Virus record (IMG/VR): IMGVR_UViG_3300025127_000052
Coordinates: 1 to 52,999 of that record
DNA: 52,999 nucleotides
Origin: a virus
Taxonomy: Duplodnaviria; Caudoviricetes
Reading direction: 5' to 3' (one strand)
The position numbers and the translations under genes are program-made. The notes beneath the pieces were generated by a model. It made no database searches and was not told where the DNA came from. It saw nothing but the letters and a program-made list of their open reading frames with translations. Shown piece by piece: positions 9,001 through 15,771 of the stretch (position 1 is its first letter; every line of letters begins with the position of its first letter).

Positions 9001-10071
9001 CTACTTCTTCCCTATTCTATACTCATCCTCTAGAATGTCAAGAACTCTTTTACGAAACTTCTTGTCCTCTAGGAGGGCGAGGAACTCTTTGCTTTGGAAC
9101 TTTTTATCTTTCCCGTCAACATTGATAGTATACCAAGCGCCGCTGCGAACACACCCAGGCGTGCCAGCGATAGCACTAAGCCAGGAACCTTCATCATCAA
9201 CGCCAACACGGTCGTTAGCAAGGTCAAATAATACATCAAACTCACAACTCCTTGGTGATGGTCCGAAGCGAGATTTCATGGTCTTGGCACTCGTGTGGAA
9301 GCCGATGACCTGCTTCTTCTCGTTGAGGATCTGTCCGTTGGCCTTACCCTTGTGCTGAGTCAGCCAGATACGGCTAGAAGCGTGGTAGGGCAGAGCCTTG
9401 CCACCTGGCTCCACTCGGTTGTCTCCGAACATCACGCCAATGTTAGTCTTCAACTGGTTGGTGAAAACCATGGCAATCTGTTCTTTGCCGAGAGTCTCTG
9501 TGACTTTTCGCATACCCTTGGCTAGTGCCTTGGCTGTCAGACCGATACGGCTGTTGGGGTCGTAGTCGCCCTCAACTTCCGCCTTGACTGGTGTGCCGGC
9601 AACACTGTCCCATACGATACAGACCAAACGATCAGGAGCCTTCTCACGGATCAGCCCGATTAAACGCTCAATGCTCTCAAAGACTTCTTCAATCGTGCCG
9701 GGCTGGACATACATGAAATTCTTTTCAGTGTCCAGTCCAAGCTGTGCCATGAAGTCGGGTGAAGCAGCATTTTCAGTATCAATATAAACTGCCAGTCCAC
9801 CCATCTTTTGAGTGTTCGCCAAAATCTGAGTAACCAGAAGACTCTTGCCACTGGCAGACTCGCCCGCAATCGTGGTTAGCTTCCCTACAGGAATACCGCC
9901 ATCACGACGGTTGGAGATAATATAGTCAAGCAACGTTGAACCTGTAGAGATCCATGTCTTAACGTCTGTAGGATTATCCCCGTGTAAATCAAAAGCAATG
10001 TTTTCTTTAGCTGCTTTGTTTAGTTCTTTACGCAGATCTTCTGCTAAAGTCTTAGTCATATTAATCTCCAA
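9001..10071 (-). CDS. recA: RecA/UvsX recombinase (start probably ATG 10059)
   Basis: ISTGS, GESASGKS, YIDTE, VWDSVA, FTNQL, GVMFGD and PGGKALPYHAS. Confidence 0.92.
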   Translation of the reverse strand: MEINMTKTLAEDLRKELNKAAKENIAFDLHGDNPTDVKTWISTGSTLLDYIISNRRDGGIPVGKLTTIAGESASGKSLLVTQILANTQKMGGLAVYIDTENAASPDFMAQLGLDTEKNFMYVQPGTIEEVFESIERLIGLIREKAPDRLVCIVWDSVAGTPVKAEVEGDYDPNSRIGLTAKALAKGMRKVTETLGKEQIAMVFTNQLKTNIGVMFGDNRVEPGGKALPYHASSRIWLTQHKGKANGQILNEKKQVIGFHTSAKTMKSRFGPSPRSCEFDVLFDLANDRVGVDDEGSWLSAIAGTPGCVRSGAWYTINVDGKDKKFQSKEFLALLEDKKFRKRVLDILEDEYRIGKK

Positions 10072-10078
10072 AAGTGGA

Positions 10079-10102
10079 GAGGCACCTGTAACCCCGTGCC
10101 TC
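10079..10102 (-). other. stem-loop between ssb and recA
   Basis: GAGGCAC-10 nt loop-GTGCCTC. Confidence 0.55.
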
Positions 10103-10121
10103 CCTGCGGGTGACGGGTCAA

Positions 10122-10898
10122 CTACGCCAATAGATCGTTAAAAGCGGAATCAATGTCGGTCACGCTTTCAAGGTTGTTGTCACTCTTGGTGGTGGTTGCC
10201 TCATTGCTGTAACGAGTGGTCTCGTTGCCAGTGTCTGAGTCTGTCGTTTCGCCCAAGGTTTCATTGAGAACCTTTTCGCACTGCTCATAGCTGGTGCGCT
10301 CAAAGACCTCATCAGCAGCCTTGATGCTTTCAAGAAGAGTGTTGACCTGCTCTTCTGTTTCTGCCAACACGCTAGTGCGACGCATGGGGCGCACATCAGT
10401 GGTTGGGAATGACTGACCCTGCTTCTTGCCGTAGTCAATACGGAGGTCGGTACCCTTTTCAGTATCGGTAATGTCACCGTACTCGGGATCAAGAACTACA
10501 TCAAGTAGCGCTTGGTAGGTGGTGCGGGAAAAGCCCCACCAGCGGACACCCTTATCTTCCTCGCCACGAACGACGACAGGAGCAAAGACTCGCATCTTAG
10601 GCCAGAAGCGCTTAGCAGACTCTTTTGAAGCATCAGTGCCTTCATTCCACAAGCGAGTTCCCCATTCAGCGATTGGATCATCTTCACCAAAAGTGCGAGG
10701 ACTGAGAACAGTCGTGCGACCTTCGGCACCCATCGAATAGTGGTAATAAGCTTCAAAGAAGGGATCTCCACCTTCTGGGCACACGAGGCGAATTTGATGA
10801 GTTCCCTCTTCTGGCTTCCAAAAGTAGTCATTGGTGTCTCCACCACGGTTAGTAAGAGCAGCGTGCTTCTGCCGCATCTTGTTTAAGTCAATACCCAT
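10122..10898 (-). CDS. single-stranded DNA-binding protein (T4 gp32-like)
   Basis: FWKP...IRLV...DPIAE...YGDITD...GTD; acidic tail ending DSAFNDLLA. Confidence 0.85.
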   Translation of the reverse strand: MGIDLNKMRQKHAALTNRGGDTNDYFWKPEEGTHQIRLVCPEGGDPFFEAYYHYSMGAEGRTTVLSPRTFGEDDPIAEWGTRLWNEGTDASKESAKRFWPKMRVFAPVVVRGEEDKGVRWWGFSRTTYQALLDVVLDPEYGDITDTEKGTDLRIDYGKKQGQSFPTTDVRPMRRTSVLAETEEQVNTLLESIKAADEVFERTSYEQCEKVLNETLGETTDSDTGNETTRYSNEATTTKSDNNLESVTDIDSAFNDLLA

Positions 10899-10934
10899 TA
10901 TTTTCTCCTTTACTGGTTAGTTGACCTTGAACAC

Positions 10935-10962
10935 ATAGTACCACACGTCTAGAACGTGTAAA
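10935..10962 (-). promoter_or_regulatory. sigma70-like promoter of the ssb-recA operon, with an inverted repeat over the spacer
   Basis: TTTACA-N16-TACTAT; ACACGT-N5-ACGTGT at 10943-10959. Confidence 0.6.
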
Positions 10963-10991
10963 GCTTTTTATTAATGTTTTTTTGTTTCCAT

Positions 10992-11021
10992 AAAAAAAAG
11001 AGGGGCTTAGAGCCCCCCTTC
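10992..11021 (-). terminator. intrinsic terminator after hsp20
   Basis: GAAGGGGGGCT-CTA-AGCCCCTC followed by T8. Confidence 0.85.
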
Positions 11022-11044
11022 TGGCTGTGCGTATTCAACACTGA

Positions 11045-11461
11045 TTATGCGATGTCGATAATCACGGGTTGAGAGGTTGCTTTGCGTGGAACGGTGACGC
11101 TCAGCAGCCCGTTGTGGAACTCAGCAGTGCTAGCCAGAAGATCTAGATTGCTGTCATAGTTCACAAATGTCTTTTGGAAACTACGGCGAGCAATACGTCT
11201 ATTGTTGTCTCCGTCACCGCTTGCTTCCGCACGCACAGTAAGACTGTTTTTTTCTGGTTCGATCTCAATACTGAGATCTTCTTTGTTAAAACCTGCGAGG
11301 GCAAACTCAAGAGTTGTGCTGCCATCTTCGTTCGAAAAGATATCAGCAACAGGATAACCCTGGGTTGACTTTCTCGCTAGTGATTGGAAGTCTCCGAACA
11401 GTTCATCAAAGATGGTGCGTCCGAGAAGACTAGGTGTATTATATCGTACTAAATTGCTCAT
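11045..11461 (-). CDS. small heat-shock protein Hsp20 (IbpA-like)
   Basis: YPVADI, LEFALAGF, IARRSF and AEFHNGLLSVTVP; true start is ATG 11461 after AGGAGG, not 11527. Confidence 0.92.
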   Translation of the reverse strand: MSNLVRYNTPSLLGRTIFDELFGDFQSLARKSTQGYPVADIFSNEDGSTTLEFALAGFNKEDLSIEIEPEKNSLTVRAEASGDGDNNRRIARRSFQKTFVNYDSNLDLLASTAEFHNGLLSVTVPRKATSQPVIIDIA

Positions 11462-11543
11462 GTTATTTCCTCCTATAATAAGCAAGGTTGTTTTGTGGCT
11501 CCCGAAGGCAGCCGAGTTAGCAAGCACCGCACAGCCACTTGCT
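11462..11543 (-). ncRNA. ROSE-like RNA thermometer in the hsp20 5' UTR
   Basis: Three hairpins; the last is CCUUGCU-UAUUAU-AGGAGG, pairing the UUGCU motif with the SD; the middle hairpin has a C(UUCG)G tetraloop. Confidence 0.75.
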
Positions 11544-11549
11544 ATATTA

Positions 11550-11577
11550 AATATATACTAATTTTTTATTTTGTCAA
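11550..11577 (-). promoter_or_regulatory. sigma70-like promoter for hsp20
   Basis: TTGACA-N16-TATATT; the predicted start site (~11543) coincides with the first UTR hairpin. Confidence 0.7.
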
Positions 11578-11642
11578 GTAAGATGAGTGTAAAATATACT
11601 GGGCATATAAAATGGCTACAGTTAAATCAATATATTTTTGTA

Positions 11643-12080
11643 TCATTCACCCTCCTCGGGTGGGTCTTCAATTTTGAAGATCTTGCTGACTTCCACTGGA
11701 TGGACTTTCAATTCTCTTCCGGCTGTTAGCAAAATAGAGTTTTCATACTGATCCCAGTCAAGTTTAAGATGCTTGCCAGTTTTGCCGCCGTGCTGTTTTG
11801 CGACAGCTTGATTTAGGGCATTAATAGTGTACAGAGTGTTAGTCTGCTTCTTACGATGCATTCTCATGGTAAACAAACGGGGATTAAATGGCTGGCCAGG
11901 TACCACTAGGGCGTTATAAGTAATAATCTTCTTTTCTGGATCATCCTTGTCCTGCAATAAAAAAATAAGACTATTTGTTATTTCAATATTATTAACAATG
12001 AACTCAACTTCTTCTTGAACTTTTTCGTCGTCTAGCGTTCTCATAAAAGATGCTAGTAAAACCCCACGTTTGTTCGTCAT
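11643..12080 (-). CDS. hypothetical phage protein
   Basis: 145 aa; LLASF, ITYN, HRKKQTNTLYTINALN and W..YENS motifs. Confidence 0.7.
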   Translation of the reverse strand: MTNKRGVLLASFMRTLDDEKVQEEVEFIVNNIEITNSLIFLLQDKDDPEKKIITYNALVVPGQPFNPRLFTMRMHRKKQTNTLYTINALNQAVAKQHGGKTGKHLKLDWDQYENSILLTAGRELKVHPVEVSKIFKIEDPPEEGE

Positions 12081-12136
12081 TTATAGTATTCCCTTTAATT
12101 TTTACGACTTCTTTATATAGTTTGTCAAGCGTGGTT

Positions 12137-12994
12137 TTACCTTGTCGCAAAATTCTGGATCTGTGAAGAATACGAAACACACAGCACAATCATATCTTCT
12201 AGGGTTGTTTCATACACAGAGAAACTAGAAGACACTCTCTCTGTTTTGTAGTTTTTAACGTGCTTTTTAATGCGTTTTACAAGCGAGGAATCACTACTTA
12301 AATCGTCCCTGGGAATCCCATAGAAAAAATGTATATCTGTAGGCTCCTCTAAGGGAAACAATAGATTAACATCTTGTTTTTTCTCGTCCAATGATGAAAC
12401 ACCATAAGTTGCGATTCGGGCAGTCCTATGGGGGTTTATCTTATTTGCTAAGACTGGGGCGGTATGGTTGAAGAAATTTATCATAGCTACCACATATGCC
12501 ACAAAATAAGATAGGGTTTTCTCATATTGATCAATAGGAACTTCGCCAGCTAACTCCTCTATCTGCGGTTTGTTAATCAAAAAAATATTACCAAATACTC
12601 CTGAACGGGCATACTCTTGTAAAACATTAAAGGCTATCTTGTCGTCTCTTTTTTGAGTCTCTGATATCATCTGCCTGTCGGGGGCGACGTATAAAACATT
12701 AAGTTTAGCGTGATTAACCGTCTGAAGAATCTTCAGGACAGCCCCAGAAATAGGATCGCCGCCCTCCAAGATCAAAAGAACACTGTCTTTTTTCTTGATA
12801 GAACGCAGATATACCTCGATCTCATCAATGTCTATTTGTGTTTCAAAAGAAGCCATATCCCCAAGATTACCTAGGGACAAACTACCACGCTCGTCAATAT
12901 CTGTATCTATCTTATAAATTCTGTACTCTGGGTAAGCTGTAAGTTCTTCTGCTATTGCGCAGCCCAGCCTACCTAAACCAATAACTTTATCCAA
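12137..12994 (-). CDS. degenerate tubulin/FtsZ-like protein
   Basis: N-terminal VIGLGRLGCAIAE matches the FtsZ T1 loop; the signature loop is decayed to LEGGDPISG; downstream layout (VAPD...E, FLINK) fits the FtsZ fold. Confidence 0.6.
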   Translation of the reverse strand: MDKVIGLGRLGCAIAEELTAYPEYRIYKIDTDIDERGSLSLGNLGDMASFETQIDIDEIEVYLRSIKKKDSVLLILEGGDPISGAVLKILQTVNHAKLNVLYVAPDRQMISETQKRDDKIAFNVLQEYARSGVFGNIFLINKPQIEELAGEVPIDQYEKTLSYFVAYVVAMINFFNHTAPVLANKINPHRTARIATYGVSSLDEKKQDVNLLFPLEEPTDIHFFYGIPRDDLSSDSSLVKRIKKHVKNYKTERVSSSFSVYETTLEDMIVLCVSYSSQIQNFATR

Positions 12995-14207
12995 ACGAGA
13001 CGCCCTTCATAGAACCTAGAGTTTTACCTCTTTTTATGTTTACCATGAACTTACCAAAATTCGTGGATCCCATAAGTGTAACCAATGATTTAAGTAGGTT
13101 CCAATCTTCTTTTTTCATATCAATGACAATAGCGTCATGAATCAAGAAGGCGATGTGTGAACCCTGGGACTGGGTACGTAGGAGGTACTCTAGCTTTACA
13201 GCCTGCTTTAGAGAGAGTTCTGCGGCAGTAGATTGAACCAAGTAGTTCAAGGCATGATGTTCACTAGTATCACCTATTTTCTTTTTAAACGGCGTTGTAA
13301 CTGTGTCGCCGTCCCAATATTTATTGATTAGTTGGTTCTTTTGATAATAGTGTTCGAGCTTTCTGATTTCATCAGGGTGCGCAGCAGTTTTAGAGCCATA
13401 AAGCCAAGCAAAAAAAGCAACCTTTGCTTGATCCCTTGTCTGTATTTTGGTAAATATTTCTCGCAAATGAAAATCGTGTACATCTTCCTGTGGCTGCTCT
13501 TTGCCAAGAAGCCCAAGCAAGGTGCGAACTTCTGCTCCGTTAAAGTCAAGCTCCACATAAAAATCATTTGTCGGTTTAATCGCTGAGCGAAAGTCTTTAC
13601 TCAGCGTAAGAATTGGAAAAGAACCTTTCTGGTTTGTAAGCCTGCCGGTCCTGGTTCCAAACTGGTTGTACCTAACATAAGGATCAGCAGCCAAGAGAGC
13701 CTTGGCGTGGTTCTTTAATTTTGGGTCCTGAAGGAAAGATGAAACATAAGGTCTGTCGATGTTAACCGCTTTGTGCTTCATGTCTTCAAGCATCATAGCC
13801 ACATGCTTATAGAATTGATATCGATCTGGGCGCTGTATGTTCTTCAGTACATACTCTGTTATTTTATTCTTTACCTCACAAAACTCGATCAAAAAGCGTT
13901 GAGGCACTAGGTCAAAAAAACAATTCTCCATGGTGTTCACTTGGGATATGGAAAGAGACCTTTTAAAGGCCAAGATCTTCTTAGATACATCATCCCAGTC
14001 TTCCTCTAAGTATTCGGGAATGACATCTTTAATTGACCGACCTTCTAGGTATAGTGAAACATAATCAATATCTAAGCTACGAAGATATGGGGCGTACTTC
14101 CAAGTGTGACTTAGTTTTTTTGGGAAGGTTTGAGGGTCGAATATTAATTCTTGGTCAACATAAATGCCAACGCATTCAGTTTTGTCATCAAGTGTTTGAA
14201 ATAGCAA
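12987..14207 (-). CDS. short family-A DNA polymerase-like protein
   Basis: TRTGRL, motif A LDFNGAEVR, motif B RDQAKVAFFAWLYG, ALNYLVQSTAA and motif C IHDAIV; only 406 aa. Confidence 0.8.
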   Translation of the reverse strand: MLFQTLDDKTECVGIYVDQELIFDPQTFPKKLSHTWKYAPYLRSLDIDYVSLYLEGRSIKDVIPEYLEEDWDDVSKKILAFKRSLSISQVNTMENCFFDLVPQRFLIEFCEVKNKITEYVLKNIQRPDRYQFYKHVAMMLEDMKHKAVNIDRPYVSSFLQDPKLKNHAKALLAADPYVRYNQFGTRTGRLTNQKGSFPILTLSKDFRSAIKPTNDFYVELDFNGAEVRTLLGLLGKEQPQEDVHDFHLREIFTKIQTRDQAKVAFFAWLYGSKTAAHPDEIRKLEHYYQKNQLINKYWDGDTVTTPFKKKIGDTSEHHALNYLVQSTAAELSLKQAVKLEYLLRTQSQGSHIAFLIHDAIVIDMKKEDWNLLKSLVTLMGSTNFGKFMVNIKRGKTLGSMKGVSFG

Positions 14208-14214
14208 TTTAACC

Positions 14215-15771
14215 TCACGATGAGAAGATTATATCACCAACGGTATTAAGTGTTAATGGTCCAGTGTCGGCAGGACCAATCATTTTACGCTGGATGTTTT
14301 CAAGGGCTGTTCGATAAGGATCGCTGCTGTTAGCTATCCTTAACATATTATACAAATTTAATGCTTGCTGGATAGAAGATCTCCTCTTTGATGTTGATAT
14401 TTTATTTTGGCGCTCTGCGTTCCTTAAAATATAAAAAGTTTTTAGTTTCCACGTCTCAGAATATAGACTCTCAAATTCTTCCTTAGTTATCTGTTCCCGA
14501 AACTGGCTACCAGTTTGAGGACCACATGCTGAGTTCACAGGTACCATTTTTTGAAATGTAGCACGAGGTCGAATAAAAACATAATAGTTGTAGAAATCTA
14601 AAAGATACTGTTGAAAATTATCAATGTCGGTGTAAAAAGTCTCTGTAAAATCGATATTGTACATAGACTCAAAAACTTCGGTTGGGACACCTGGGTTGAA
14701 AAGAGGGGAAAAGGTATCATCGACGGGTTTCTTGTAACGACGGTACCCAGGCTCTGTGCGAGTTTCCCCGTCCCCATCTTTGTAGTTAAAAAATGCCACA
14801 TGCCTCCGAACGCCTTCGAGCCCTGGTATCTGTGATAACCCTGACGCTCTGGGAGGTAGGACAAGTCCTCCAACAAAAGGCTCGCAAGCGAATTCTATAT
14901 CCCTATCCGTATCAAAACTGTCAATAGGGACGCCAAGCATATATTCTATCATCGCTGGGTTGTTAAGATCTGCCACAAGTCGCCAAGGGATATTCTGATC
15001 TATGGAAAATCCATATTGAGACGCTATAGATGCAACCAAGCTAAAGTTAGCGTCTATAAATTGATAACCTTTAGTATAGTCATCATCGTAGGGTGCCTCA
15101 GAAATTTCGATAACTAACCCCGAAGCATAGATAGGCACTCTTCTAGCCTCAACAAGTCCACTTAGGGTTATTGGTCCAAAAGAAGATATTTCATTTTGAA
15201 TAAAATCATTTAACCTATCAATAAATGACCCCACGTTACGAACTTTAGAATCATTATTTTGAGTGTTCATAAAATCATCTACGAAGCGTGGGTAAACTTC
15301 ATCTCTCATATACTGGTCATAAAGATCAGACACTGGTTCCCACCCCTTGACCACGAATGGTTTTGCCCATGGACTATCTCGAAATATAATATTTTCATTC
15401 GCCAAAGATCTCAGTTTTGTAGCAAGATCATACCAAGCGTCTGCCACAAAGTCAAGAGCAAAATGACTTGTATCATCAGTACTAGGGAAGCGAAGTGTCT
15501 TGAGTCGATCTACCTTAGGCAAGACTGCATTACCCCTCTGATTAATAGTTCCATATAACCTGTCTGTGGTCCATGTTTTAACCGAGTTGTCGATAATCCA
15601 TGAAGGAAATATATCTTTATCATACCTTTGTCTTTCGGTGAAAACCCTCCTAGAATCTGACTGATTAGAAGCATAGGTGTAATCTAGTGGGGAAGTTTGA
15701 GGATTTGGGCGGTTTTGACGAGCCATTTTATGCGGGTCCCCTTGTCTTGTCGGGAGTGACTCGTAACTCAA
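14215..15771 (-). CDS. hypothetical protein, possibly baseplate or virion associated (start may be ATG 15726)
   Basis: Long ORF directly after the hub-like gene; no family recognised. Confidence 0.6.
   Translation of the reverse strand: MSYESLPTRQGDPHKMARQNRPNPQTSPLDYTYASNQSDSRRVFTERQRYDKDIFPSWIIDNSVKTWTTDRLYGTINQRGNAVLPKVDRLKTLRFPSTDDTSHFALDFVADAWYDLATKLRSLANENIIFRDSPWAKPFVVKGWEPVSDLYDQYMRDEVYPRFVDDFMNTQNNDSKVRNVGSFIDRLNDFIQNEISSFGPITLSGLVEARRVPIYASGLVIEISEAPYDDDYTKGYQFIDANFSLVASIASQYGFSIDQNIPWRLVADLNNPAMIEYMLGVPIDSFDTDRDIEFACEPFVGGLVLPPRASGLSQIPGLEGVRRHVAFFNYKDGDGETRTEPGYRRYKKPVDDTFSPLFNPGVPTEVFESMYNIDFTETFYTDIDNFQQYLLDFYNYYVFIRPRATFQKMVPVNSACGPQTGSQFREQITKEEFESLYSETWKLKTFYILRNAERQNKISTSKRRSSIQQALNLYNMLRIANSSDPYRTALENIQRKMIGPADTGPLTLNTVGDIIFSS

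Noticed and set aside
11462-11527. N-terminal extension of Hsp20 in the ORF track
   Set aside because: This is the structured 5' UTR; the SD points to ATG 11461
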